This document shows positions 10,689-20,445 of a DNA stretch of 44,879 bases, piece by piece. A model generated the notes under the pieces. The model was not told the DNA's origin. It saw only the letters and a list, made by a program, of their open reading frames with translations, and did not search any database. This DNA is from Sanchytrium tribonematis (Eukaryota). A program made the translations under genes and the position numbers. Where the stretch lies: positions 1-44,879 of the forward strand of contig JADGIG010000019.1 of the NCBI GenBank assembly GCA_018985235.1, given 5' to 3'. Position 1 is the stretch's first letter. The number at the start of each line of letters is the position of its first letter.

Positions 10689-13600
10689 ATGAATCTGTTA
10701 TTGTCAAATGAGAAGTCCAAATTCTATAAAATGAGAAAAAACAAAATTAGATACTACCACGAATACAAGGATTTGGTTGGTAAGTATATTTACGACAACC
10801 CGGAACATTTGCATGGCGTGGCTTTTGCATTTGGCTTAAAACCTGACGTTTTATTGTATAAAATTATTGGATCATATTGTGCACATGCAATTGAGTGTGA
10901 TGAATATGCTAAAGATGTATTTGGGATGAGTTTTAAGGATCTATTAAAGAAAGACTTGTCATATTTATGTTACAAAGGAATGTTTGTACCTGCAATACAA
11001 ATTCTTATTGAAAAATATTTCGGAAAGAAAATTCAAACTCTTGGTGGCAACAGAATGATTTGGTATGTGCTAAGTGACCTTTCCATGACGTATGATAAAT
11101 TTGTGGAATTCTTTCCTGAAAAGAATTTTGATGAAATTTTTATGGGTCTTTGCGTATTTATAAAGCATGAATGTTCTCCTTGGCATAGGTGCAAAATACT
11201 TTTGAATTATGTTCCTCGTGTGCAGGCTATCGACGATCTAAATGTTTACGTTCTCAACAATATCATTGATCTCATGAAATATAATATTGGCGACTTGAGT
11301 CAATTAGTCGATTTGTATTTAAATTTTGACTCAACATCGCCTTATAATGTGTTCACAATATCTGCATACTGCTGGTTTTATCAAGTGAAGGATTTTGAAG
11401 TACCCGAATATAAAAGAGATTATTTTAAAGACGATGAAATAGTTAATTTATACATTATTAATTTGTATGGCCAGAATTTTATAAATGACATTGACAAACA
11501 AAAAACTGTAAAATTCATCATGAATCAGACATCATGGCCCCACTACTTTAAGCAAGTATTGCATAAATTATCCTACATCAATTTAAACGAGATTGAGATA
11601 CTTGACCAAGTTTCTGGCCCTTTAAAGCAAGTAGACGATTATCATCTTGATATTTTACAAAAGTGCAATGAATGGTTAATTCAATACAATCATGAGCATT
11701 TAAAAATATCTTTTATAATTCAAGAAATTCTTAAAATACTTGGAGACTTCTTTGCCCTCGAGCCAAACAATTTATTGAAGCCATACTTGAATAGTAGTTT
11801 CGTCAGTAATCGAAAAACAGCAGAGAATGGCAATATATCTAAAGTTATTAAAAAATTAAGGACCTCCATTCCGGAATATCTTCAGCGGATTTTAATTTTA
11901 TTATCCGGATGGTACGATACAATACCCGATCCTTTGCTTTTTATATTGCAAGATTCAGCAGTATTTTTCTTGCTTCCGCCAGTGCGTTGTTTTTATAGTG
12001 ATAAACCACAAAGTCTGTCCAACATAAGCGATAAGAATCTATTTCCAGACAGCCTCAATTTTTATAAGAATGTATACTTTTTAGCTAAAAGAAAATTTAA
12101 CCACCAGACCTCAAACTGGATTCTAAACTCGACTATAAAGCATGGTACGAAAAAAGTATTTTGTTCATTCTATGACTATATGCAACATGAACTACCTTTT
12201 TATTTAGATATTATGATCCAGACCAACAACTTTTTTGAGGCCATTTTTATATTTGAGTATCTTAAATTCAAGGGAGAAGTGGTGGAAGACATCAACAATT
12301 TTTTGCTTAAATTCAAAGACCAAAATAATCAGGACTTCATTGAAGGAATGACAAATGTTACTAACAGACATATACTTGAGGACTGGGAGCCTATTCATAA
12401 AGTTGAAATGCAATATAACAACCTAGTTCAGTCTTTAAATGTATTTGATTATCCAGAAGATTACACAACACTTATTAATCTAGAAGCTCATGATGATCAA
12501 TATTTATTAAACATGATAAAGACTTGTAGAAGCTATAATATTATTTTACCTTGTAAGCAAATTCCTCAGAGCTTTAATTCAAAGCTAGAGTATCTCAAAT
12601 ATTTAAGGCAACAGAGCAGAATAATCGATGCCATCCATTTTTCGGAATCGATCAACCCTTCAAATCCCGATGATTTTGTAAAGTTGAAACTAGAAGCTAT
12701 AAAACTGAAGATAATTTTTCGATTGGAGGACAGCGAAACAATTAAAGAGTCTTATTTGGAATTACTGGATGAATTTCCCGAAACCTCCAAAGTGAACAAA
12801 AAATTGGGTGATTATTGTAACGAGCTTTATTCTGAAAGTGATGATCCAAATGTTAGATATGAAGTGATTTATCATTACACGAAATATCTCAGATACAATT
12901 TGGATCCTCACAAAACTATGTTCCCAAGAATTCTTTCTTTTATTAGCGTTCTGCCTGAAGATGCCAAACTCGAAAAAATAATGAGTGACTTTTTGGAAGT
13001 ATCTAGGGAATCAAAATTTGAGAACATTCTGCCGCATGTCCAATTAGTTACCTCTTATTTACTTACTGAACGGATGCTCTTTTTTGAATTTATAAAAGAT
13101 TTATTGATCGGCTTATTGGAATATTTTCCCAAAAGATCTCTATGGTACACTGTGTCTTCCTGCTTTTCAGCAAACAAGGATCGTAGTTCAATAATGCGAC
13201 GATTGCTCCAAGATTATTGTAAAATTTTCAAAAAAGGAAACTGGCTAAATCATTCAATCCAATTGACTCAATATTTGATACATATGTCTGATGCAAAAAT
13301 TGATCATCAAATAAGCGAGGTTCAAATGCAAAAATCTTTTCGGAAATTAGCAAGAATGGAAAACATTGACATGTTGATTCCCCACAAAGACATTTTGACA
13401 CCTGGTTCCTTATACGTAAATATTTTAAGATTTGGGGACAATGTAACAGTTTTGCACAGCTTAGTCCGGCCTAAAAAGTTTGTAATTTATGGCGATAACG
13501 GCATGGCGTTCAATTTTTTGGTCAAAAAAGACGAAGACTTGCGAAAAGATTCAAGGTATTTGGAAGTTGGATCATTTATAAATCGAAGATTTCAAAAGCT

Positions 13601-14414
13601 TAAACCATCTAAGCAACGCAATTTGTACATCCGAACTTACAATGTTATTGTCTTAAATGAAATTAATGGATTGATAGAATGGATAAACAATACTGTGACT
13701 CTCAGAAAAATAATACACTCTACCTCAAAATTGCAAGGACTAAGAGTTTCTGCTTCTAAAATTAAGGCGAGGCTGGAATCTGCGGACAAACATAGAGAAT
13801 ATTTGAAAATTGTGCAGGAGATTCCGCCAGTATTACATTTGTACTTTTCCTGTTTATTTTCATCCCCGAAAGAATATTTTGAAAGCCGTTTAAAGTTTGC
13901 TTACACTTCCGCAGTGATGAGCATGGTCGGCTATGCAATCGGGCTAGGTGATCGACACTGCGAGAACGTTTTAATCGATGTTACCACAGGCGATATTGTA
14001 CATGTGGATTTTAATTGCCTTTTCGAGAAAGGTAAAAGACTATCAATTCCAGAAGTTGTTCCTTTTCGCCTTACTCAAAACATTGTTCGCAATATGGGCA
14101 TCACAGGAATTGAGGGGCCATTCAGAAAAGCATGCGAGATCACTCTTGAAATTCTAAGAAAGCAATATTACCTGCTAGACAACTTGTTGGAAAGTTTTTT
14201 AAATGATCCTTTAATGGAATGGCAGAACACTCATTCACAAGCAACTCCAGAGCAACTGGCAAAACGCACTCTAAGTCATGTGAAAACTAGAGTATATGGT
14301 CAAAGCAGCGGAATTCCATTAAGTGTAGAAGGAACAGTGCAGTGTGCTATATCTGAAGCCATGGACACTCGCAATCTTTGTAGAATGTATATTGGATGGA
14401 TGCCATTTTATTAG
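10689..14414 (+). CDS. ATR: ATR/Mec1/Rad3 PIKK checkpoint kinase, unusually short (1241 aa)
   Basis: LHSLVRPKK, DEDLRKDSR, GLGDRHCENVL, HVDFNCLFEKG, PEVVPFRLTQN and FATC end LCRMYIGWMPFY. Confidence 0.92.
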   Translation: MNLLLSNEKSKFYKMRKNKIRYYHEYKDLVGKYIYDNPEHLHGVAFAFGLKPDVLLYKIIGSYCAHAIECDEYAKDVFGMSFKDLLKKDLSYLCYKGMFVPAIQILIEKYFGKKIQTLGGNRMIWYVLSDLSMTYDKFVEFFPEKNFDEIFMGLCVFIKHECSPWHRCKILLNYVPRVQAIDDLNVYVLNNIIDLMKYNIGDLSQLVDLYLNFDSTSPYNVFTISAYCWFYQVKDFEVPEYKRDYFKDDEIVNLYIINLYGQNFINDIDKQKTVKFIMNQTSWPHYFKQVLHKLSYINLNEIEILDQVSGPLKQVDDYHLDILQKCNEWLIQYNHEHLKISFIIQEILKILGDFFALEPNNLLKPYLNSSFVSNRKTAENGNISKVIKKLRTSIPEYLQRILILLSGWYDTIPDPLLFILQDSAVFFLLPPVRCFYSDKPQSLSNISDKNLFPDSLNFYKNVYFLAKRKFNHQTSNWILNSTIKHGTKKVFCSFYDYMQHELPFYLDIMIQTNNFFEAIFIFEYLKFKGEVVEDINNFLLKFKDQNNQDFIEGMTNVTNRHILEDWEPIHKVEMQYNNLVQSLNVFDYPEDYTTLINLEAHDDQYLLNMIKTCRSYNIILPCKQIPQSFNSKLEYLKYLRQQSRIIDAIHFSESINPSNPDDFVKLKLEAIKLKIIFRLEDSETIKESYLELLDEFPETSKVNKKLGDYCNELYSESDDPNVRYEVIYHYTKYLRYNLDPHKTMFPRILSFISVLPEDAKLEKIMSDFLEVSRESKFENILPHVQLVTSYLLTERMLFFEFIKDLLIGLLEYFPKRSLWYTVSSCFSANKDRSSIMRRLLQDYCKIFKKGNWLNHSIQLTQYLIHMSDAKIDHQISEVQMQKSFRKLARMENIDMLIPHKDILTPGSLYVNILRFGDNVTVLHSLVRPKKFVIYGDNGMAFNFLVKKDEDLRKDSRYLEVGSFINRRFQKLKPSKQRNLYIRTYNVIVLNEINGLIEWINNTVTLRKIIHSTSKLQGLRVSASKIKARLESADKHREYLKIVQEIPPVLHLYFSCLFSSPKEYFESRLKFAYTSAVMSMVGYAIGLGDRHCENVLIDVTTGDIVHVDFNCLFEKGKRLSIPEVVPFRLTQNIVRNMGITGIEGPFRKACEITLEILRKQYYLLDNLLESFLNDPLMEWQNTHSQATPEQLAKRTLSHVKTRVYGQSSGIPLSVEGTVQCAISEAMDTRNLCRMYIGWMPFY

Positions 14415-14452
14415 AAATTCAATAAAAGTGAAACTTTATTGTGAAATATTCA

Positions 14453-15967
14453 ATGATAGTCGATATAAGTAAAATCAAAAGTGTAATGCAAACTGGTTAT
14501 TTATTTGATTTTATTAAAATCTTGTCTCTTTTTATAAATTTACACAAGGGAAATAAATTAGAAATACTTTATTCCGAAGATATGTGTGTAGATTTATTAT
14601 TTGACAAGTCAGTGGAATTAGATTGCCACGAAGTTGAAAGTATGTCAATGATATCCTGTATGTGCACAATAGAATGCTGCATAGATTCTATCTCAATGTC
14701 ACGAAGTAAAAAATTATACAAGAACAATCAAATTAACTTAAGTCGAACCAATAGTAAGAAATATTACATAAGGCTAAGCGAATTTTACATCAATTATCCA
14801 GTTAGGAAAGTCAACTTTAGTTTTGTTGCATTTGCTAACGATTTAAAATTACTTTTTAAAGTCTATAGATTTCTTTTTCCGGAAAAGTTATTGACCTTGA
14901 TACATAAACAAAGTCAATGGCACTTTCAAGAGGGCTTGACAACTATAGAAAAATTTGTTTTAGACGTTGGCGAAGTATATCACATTAAAACGGATAAAAT
15001 ATTAAATAAAAAAGTGGTTGGATTTGCTAGGGCAGGAAATTATTTTATTGATTTTTCGCAGCAACTAGATGAAAGAGATGCAGGTGTGAGCGTGGTAATG
15101 GCAAAAGCAAGAGAGTCTTGCATTGTAAATGCTAATAATCTCAATATAGAATGTTTGGAAAGAATTTTGCAATTATTTAAAGTCGAATGTAAGCAAGATG
15201 AGTCTGTCAAATTGAAAATTCCCATGGCTTCTAGTGTTAAAACAAGCGACTCATTCAAAGTACTGAAAAATAGGACAATTGTGCATTCAAATCCTTGCAA
15301 CGTTAATGATGCAAATCCGACAAGCCTTGGCGAAAATTGTTTGGAATCGAAACTTAAGCGATCCTACGAGTGTAAATCAGAGAGTCTGAAAATATCGAGA
15401 GAAGATTTTTCAAAAGCAGAGATCATACGCCAGGTTGACGAAAAATTTATTTTGTTTAGTGTCGCTGTCAATGCAGAATATCATTTGTACTGCGCCGATC
15501 AACATGCTGTTGACGAAAGAATCAAACTGGAATATATTATATCTGAGTATAACCAATGCGTTGAATTGACAACGGAAAGCAACTATTTCAACCTGCAGCA
15601 ATTAGAAATGCTTGATCAGACTCGAAAAAAAATTACGCAAGAGGCCAAAATTGAATTTCACATAAAAGAGATGACCGTGTTCTTTTCACGGGCACCGAAA
15701 GTGCTAGTGGATACCCCACAACATGTCAAAAGATTAGAAGAGATTATGTCAAGATTTCTACATTTCGAAGGTTTTGCGAAATGCGTCATGCCAACTCTTG
15801 AAAGTATTGCATGTCGTAGCGCTATCATGTTTGGAGATTTGCTAAACAAAAATCAGTGCCTTCAGCTTCTAGAGCAACTGAAAAAGTGTAAAAATCCTTT
15901 TGTGTGTGCTCACGGTAGACCAAGCGTTGTTCCATTGTTAAAGTTTGCGAAGAAACGAAAAAAATAA
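14453..15967 (+). CDS. MLH3: MutL homolog Mlh3
   Basis: IRQVDEKFI, endonuclease motif DQHAVDERIKLE, ACRSAIMFGD and PFVCAHGRPS. N-terminal GHKL domain barely recognisable. First ATG at 14453. Confidence 0.85.
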   Translation: MIVDISKIKSVMQTGYLFDFIKILSLFINLHKGNKLEILYSEDMCVDLLFDKSVELDCHEVESMSMISCMCTIECCIDSISMSRSKKLYKNNQINLSRTNSKKYYIRLSEFYINYPVRKVNFSFVAFANDLKLLFKVYRFLFPEKLLTLIHKQSQWHFQEGLTTIEKFVLDVGEVYHIKTDKILNKKVVGFARAGNYFIDFSQQLDERDAGVSVVMAKARESCIVNANNLNIECLERILQLFKVECKQDESVKLKIPMASSVKTSDSFKVLKNRTIVHSNPCNVNDANPTSLGENCLESKLKRSYECKSESLKISREDFSKAEIIRQVDEKFILFSVAVNAEYHLYCADQHAVDERIKLEYIISEYNQCVELTTESNYFNLQQLEMLDQTRKKITQEAKIEFHIKEMTVFFSRAPKVLVDTPQHVKRLEEIMSRFLHFEGFAKCVMPTLESIACRSAIMFGDLLNKNQCLQLLEQLKKCKNPFVCAHGRPSVVPLLKFAKKRKK

Positions 15968-15974
15968 ATTTATT
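15963..15974. terminator. Palindromic double poly(A)-like signal AATAAATTTATT between convergent MLH3 and ALG1 (representative copy)
   Basis: AATAAA on each strand, each overlapping the stop codon of its gene. Similar palindromes at 10063-10074 and 29325-29336. Confidence 0.55.
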
Positions 15975-17188
15975 CACAGGCTGTTCGCTTCAATTAATGG
16001 TAAAACCTTTTCGTTCCACTCGCTTTGCCATTTCTTATTGACAAAGTCTCTCTGCACAGTTTCTTTGCACCTTTTAATTTCAATTGTGTTCTCCAAGTGA
16101 GATACAAACAGTTGAAAAAGACTATTGCTATCTTGAAAGGTGTAACCATATGATTTTTTGACTAGTTCTGGGAGCGCTCGATACTCTAGTGCAAATACTG
16201 GAAGTCCACATCCAAACATATCCCATATCTTCATAGGTAGATCTAATCCGGAACTACTAGAATGTAAGGAAACGCCCACATCACAAGATGCTAGTAGCCT
16301 TGGGTAATCGCTATATTTGAGCCAGACACAGCAAACTTCAACTCTGCTCATTTTTAAGGACTGAATTCTCATTTCTACTTGATTTCTCAAAGGACCCCTG
16401 CCAGTAATAAAAGCTATAACTTTTGTGCCAGGACTTTTTTCCAGGTAGTTATCAAGCATATTCAGTGCGTCCAGTAGCAAAAATATGTCCTCATCAGGAG
16501 TATATGATGTTCCAGTGACAATTTTGAATACATTTCGGATTTGAATATTATCAAGAACACTGCATTCTCTATAATTACTAAGGGAATTCCAAAATGATAA
16601 AATTTCATCACTCGATAAAGGCCGAAAAAGTTCCGGTGGATAATCGTACACCACATGCAAATTTCTGATTTCCCAAGAGTGGGATAGGAATGTTTGCATC
16701 TCTTTAGAAACTGTTAAATTGACATTAGCGATGAACGACAGAGAATTCTCTAGCTTTTTATAAATCTCAACAATTGCTCCGTCAGTTTTGGTTTTCAAAA
16801 TGGTATAGCCTAGATTGTGCCAATCTAATACGATAAATTTTGATGTAAAACTTTTTAGAATCCATAAAACAAATAGTACTGGTAAACTTGGTGGGTTTTG
16901 AATTAAGATATTTCGCGTAGGATATCTTGTCAAGTAATAGAATAGGTACACATTTAGAAGAAGGAATTTAATTCCAGCCCAAAACATATAGAAGCCATGA
17001 ATTTCAAAAGTTGGCAAACTATGTGTTGTAACATCTTTCATCTTCCCATAGCTTACTACTTGTACCTTGCCAATTTGCTTCAGCATGTTGACATGGTTCA
17101 TCATTCTAGGTGATTGATTAATGTCGCCCAAGACAACAACAGTCCAGCTTTTTGAAGACATGATATCCAAGGGGAATCTAGAACTCAT
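15974..17188 (-). CDS. ALG1: Chitobiosyl-diphosphodolichol beta-1,4-mannosyltransferase
   Basis: VVVLGDINQSPRM, QNPPSLP, DWHNLGYTIL, TSYTPDED and SLHSSSSGLDLPMKIWDMFGCGLPV. Confidence 0.95.
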   Translation of the reverse strand: MSSRFPLDIMSSKSWTVVVLGDINQSPRMMNHVNMLKQIGKVQVVSYGKMKDVTTHSLPTFEIHGFYMFWAGIKFLLLNVYLFYYLTRYPTRNILIQNPPSLPVLFVLWILKSFTSKFIVLDWHNLGYTILKTKTDGAIVEIYKKLENSLSFIANVNLTVSKEMQTFLSHSWEIRNLHVVYDYPPELFRPLSSDEILSFWNSLSNYRECSVLDNIQIRNVFKIVTGTSYTPDEDIFLLLDALNMLDNYLEKSPGTKVIAFITGRGPLRNQVEMRIQSLKMSRVEVCCVWLKYSDYPRLLASCDVGVSLHSSSSGLDLPMKIWDMFGCGLPVFALEYRALPELVKKSYGYTFQDSNSLFQLFVSHLENTIEIKRCKETVQRDFVNKKWQSEWNEKVLPLIEANSL

Positions 17189-18104
17189 TTATTTATTCAA
17201 CGCATGTTTTCTGTACTGCTCCAATTTTTCATTCTCGTAACCCATTTTTGATACTCTTTTCAAAAGCACCACCGGAACCAACTTAAGAATAAATACAATA
17301 ATTCTCCAAAATCCAGGAACAATTACGTTTCTACGTCTGTATTTCATGGCACATGAAATTTTATCGGCTGCGACATCCGCAGAAGTTCGAAATGGAATAC
17401 CTGTTAGCCAGTCATTCATCTTAGTTGTTACAAGACCAGGTCGAATATTTGTGGTCCAAAATCCATCAAGATACAATTCATTATGCACTCCTTCAATAAA
17501 AAAGTCCAATCCTTTTTTTGAGGTACCGTAAGAAACAATTTGAGGCTGTGGCTAATTTAAAATAATATACTCTTGAGCTAGAGATCGAAGAGACTGTTAC
17601 GATGTATGGGTTAAACACCTTTTCACGTTTTGCATACTTAACAAATGCAGAAATGATCGCTATTGGCCCCATGAGGTTGGTTTCTAGGACTGGCTTAGCT
17701 CTTTTGAAATAGTCCTCATCTCCAAGCTCGTGAATATCACTTATTCCTCCATTGACGACAATCGTATCAATGGTACCCAGACTTTTGTGAACATCTTCAA
17801 GCAAAGGTTCAGCGTCATTAAAATGCGTTAAATCATATTTCCTGACAGAAACAGAAACATTGGGATATACATCTTGAATTTCTTTCTTTAGCGCATTGAG
17901 ATCGTCTATTTTACGGGATGCAATTGCAATGCCGATGTTTCTTGATTTTGAATGCTTTGCCAATGAATGCACAAGACTTCGTCCGATGCCGGAACTCGCA
18001 CCAATTATCAAATAGTTTCTAGAAAGAGGCTTTCTTACGAATGGCAGCTTTCTGAGAAGAGTGTAAATAAACTCGTTAAAAATTTGAATTAAAATTTCAA
18101 GCAT
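17189..18104 (-). CDS. Classical short-chain dehydrogenase/reductase; exons 18104-17571 and 17551-17189 (298 aa)
   Basis: IIGASSGIG, VVNGGI, TVSSISS and the catalytic YGTSK (YxxxK, in frame only after splicing), followed by IRPGLVTTKM. Confidence 0.9.
17552..17570 (-). other. 19-nt GT-AG intron in the SDR gene (gtatattattttaaattag)
   Basis: Removal brings the YxxxK active-site motif into frame. Confidence 0.92.
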
Positions 18105-18136
18105 TGGAATGGGGAAGTTAGAGATTTCACATTCAA

Positions 18137-19546
18137 ATGCAAACTGCCTTGACACAGTTTTTATTTCGTAAAAGAAAGAATGAGCTCATAGATCTTACTG
18201 TAGAATCTGTTTCTACCAAAGAAATCGAAGTATCGGATATTGCCTCTTCAGATGAAAACCCCAAAGTACAGATTTCTGTTATCGAGGAATCTGAAAATAT
18301 ACCACTTAATCAAGCTTCTCAATCAAAAAAAACATGTCCTTTTCACAAAAAATTGCCAGGTACAACATTTACCATGGACGCTTTTGGGTACGGAGTTATT
18401 CCAGGATGTACAGCATATTTTTTGAGCCATTTTCACGCAGATCACTATGGCGGAATCAGAAAAAAATTCAACCAACCCATCTATTGTTCAGAAATCACCG
18501 CAAACTTGTTGGTTCTTAAGATAGGTATTGACAAATCTTACATACATGTAATTGAGATGTATAAGCCAACCGTTATCGAAGGTGTTACTGTAACACTCAT
18601 TGACGCGAACCACTGTCCTGGTTCCGCGGTTTTTATTTTCGAAGTTCCACAACATAGATTTGTTAGGAACTTTGCTAGTTATTTTTTACCACAACATGAC
18701 TTGCTGATTGTCCATACAGGCGACTTTCGTGCACATCCCGAGATGCTGAAGGCTATTCCAGATAGAAAAGTGGATTATTTGTTTCTAGACACCACTTATT
18801 TAAATCCCAAACATACATTTCCTTGTCAATCAATAGTCATTAGACAAATGTCGGAAATAATCAAAGATTGTGTTTTCAATTTTGGAAAGAATACCGACTT
18901 TTCTCGACCAGTAAAAAGAAGAAAGTTGCCACCAAAAGGCCAAGCTTTACTTTCATTTGGACAAACACCCAATGTCACAGTTAAAAAAATACCCAGCAAA
19001 TTTAAAATCTTAGATCACGACGATATTTTAGTAGTATTAGGCTCTTATACTATTGGGAAAGAGAAGATTGCAATATATTTGGCCGACTTATTGCACTCAA
19101 AAATATATTTAAACGCTGAAAAAAGAAGAATATGGAATTGCTACAATAGTAAGAAAATGTCAGAGTACATCTCTACTAACATCAATACCAAGGTCCACAT
19201 TCTTCGAATGAAAGACATAAATTTTAAAACTCTATCTGAATATGTTAAAAGCACCAAATTTACCAAGGTCATTGGAATCACTCCAACTGGTTGGTCCTTT
19301 AGCTCAGATACCTGGCTTCCTAGCACGGTGTCGGAAACTATTTGCATATATTCTGTTCCATATTCTGAGCATTCCAGCTATTCCGAGCTTCAAAAATTTG
19401 TTTCTCACTTAAATGTCTACAAAGTTCAACCAACTGTAAGTCTATCTTCAGCAAAAAAACAGATCGAAGTTATTTCCAGTTGGCGAAAAGATGATTCACT
19501 TTGGGAAATTGAAGAAGACTATTTCAATGGAAAATCAATTGCGTGA
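18137..19546 (+). CDS. PSO2: SNM1/Pso2 (DCLRE1A) beta-CASP metallo-beta-lactamase DNA cross-link repair nuclease
   Basis: FLSHFHADHYGG, DANHCPGS, HTGDFR, LDTTY, YTIGKEK, PTGW and VPYSEHSSYSEL. Confidence 0.93.
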   Translation: MQTALTQFLFRKRKNELIDLTVESVSTKEIEVSDIASSDENPKVQISVIEESENIPLNQASQSKKTCPFHKKLPGTTFTMDAFGYGVIPGCTAYFLSHFHADHYGGIRKKFNQPIYCSEITANLLVLKIGIDKSYIHVIEMYKPTVIEGVTVTLIDANHCPGSAVFIFEVPQHRFVRNFASYFLPQHDLLIVHTGDFRAHPEMLKAIPDRKVDYLFLDTTYLNPKHTFPCQSIVIRQMSEIIKDCVFNFGKNTDFSRPVKRRKLPPKGQALLSFGQTPNVTVKKIPSKFKILDHDDILVVLGSYTIGKEKIAIYLADLLHSKIYLNAEKRRIWNCYNSKKMSEYISTNINTKVHILRMKDINFKTLSEYVKSTKFTKVIGITPTGWSFSSDTWLPSTVSETICIYSVPYSEHSSYSELQKFVSHLNVYKVQPTVSLSSAKKQIEVISSWRKDDSLWEIEEDYFNGKSIA

Positions 19547-19553
19547 GAATTTT

Positions 19554-20390
19554 TTATAAAATTATTTCTTTACTACCGATAAGCTCGTTGTTGCATTTTG
19601 CTTTTACATCACTACTCAGCCATTCGCAATTTTTAATTTTGCTAATGGACCACCTTGAGCCTTGAGAAACACTCAACATTCCGCGTATCAACAAAATTAA
19701 AGATTTATCTGTTTTATGAGGTAATATCGGCTTACTGTAACAAATAAGTTGAATCAAATGTCTGTTGCTTTCTCCAAAATAAGGAACTCTTTGACATACC
19801 ATAACATATAACACGCAGCCTAAGGACCAAATATCGACAGGAAAAGAATAACATTCTCTTTGCAGAACTTCCAAGGGACAATATAGTGGTGACCCTGTGT
19901 AAGACTCAAGCCTGTCTTTGTAGCTTATTGCAAATCCAAAATCTATTAACCTCACTTTCATTTGTTGATTAAGACAAATATTTTCAGGTTTTATATCTCG
20001 GTGTATCACTTGATTAGAATGCAAATAGTCTAATGCATGCAAAATTTGAATAAATATAAATTTTGAATTATATTCATAGAATTGATGCTTCTGGCAAAAT
20101 GTTAGTAAATCAAAATTGTCGCAATATTCCATGACAATAATGGCTTTTGTTGAAAAATTAAATATGTTGTAAATCTCAATTATATTTTCATGCTTGAGTT
20201 GATTAAGGAAATATAATTCCCGATTTAGATTAATTTTTCTGCTAAGCTTAGTGCAATTTACTTTGTTGATGCATTTGATTGCTACTTTTTTATGATTTAT
20301 CTTATCCTCGCATAGAGAAACTGTTCCAAAACTACCTTTACCAAGATAATGCACATGTTCGTATTGACTGGGGTATTGGAAAGTGGCCAT
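19554..20390 (-). CDS. Ser/Thr protein kinase, CAMK group, kinase domain only
   Basis: LGKGSFG, VAIK, HRDIKPEN, DFG, GSPLYCPLE and DIWSLG. First ATG at 20390. Confidence 0.9.
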   Translation of the reverse strand: MATFQYPSQYEHVHYLGKGSFGTVSLCEDKINHKKVAIKCINKVNCTKLSRKINLNRELYFLNQLKHENIIEIYNIFNFSTKAIIVMEYCDNFDLLTFCQKHQFYEYNSKFIFIQILHALDYLHSNQVIHRDIKPENICLNQQMKVRLIDFGFAISYKDRLESYTGSPLYCPLEVLQRECYSFPVDIWSLGCVLYVMVCQRVPYFGESNRHLIQLICYSKPILPHKTDKSLILLIRGMLSVSQGSRWSISKIKNCEWLSSDVKAKCNNELIGSKEIIL

Positions 20391-20445
20391 AAAACACAAA
20401 ATTGAGAGATTCCATACTTGCTCCTCTGTTACAATAATTTTTAAA

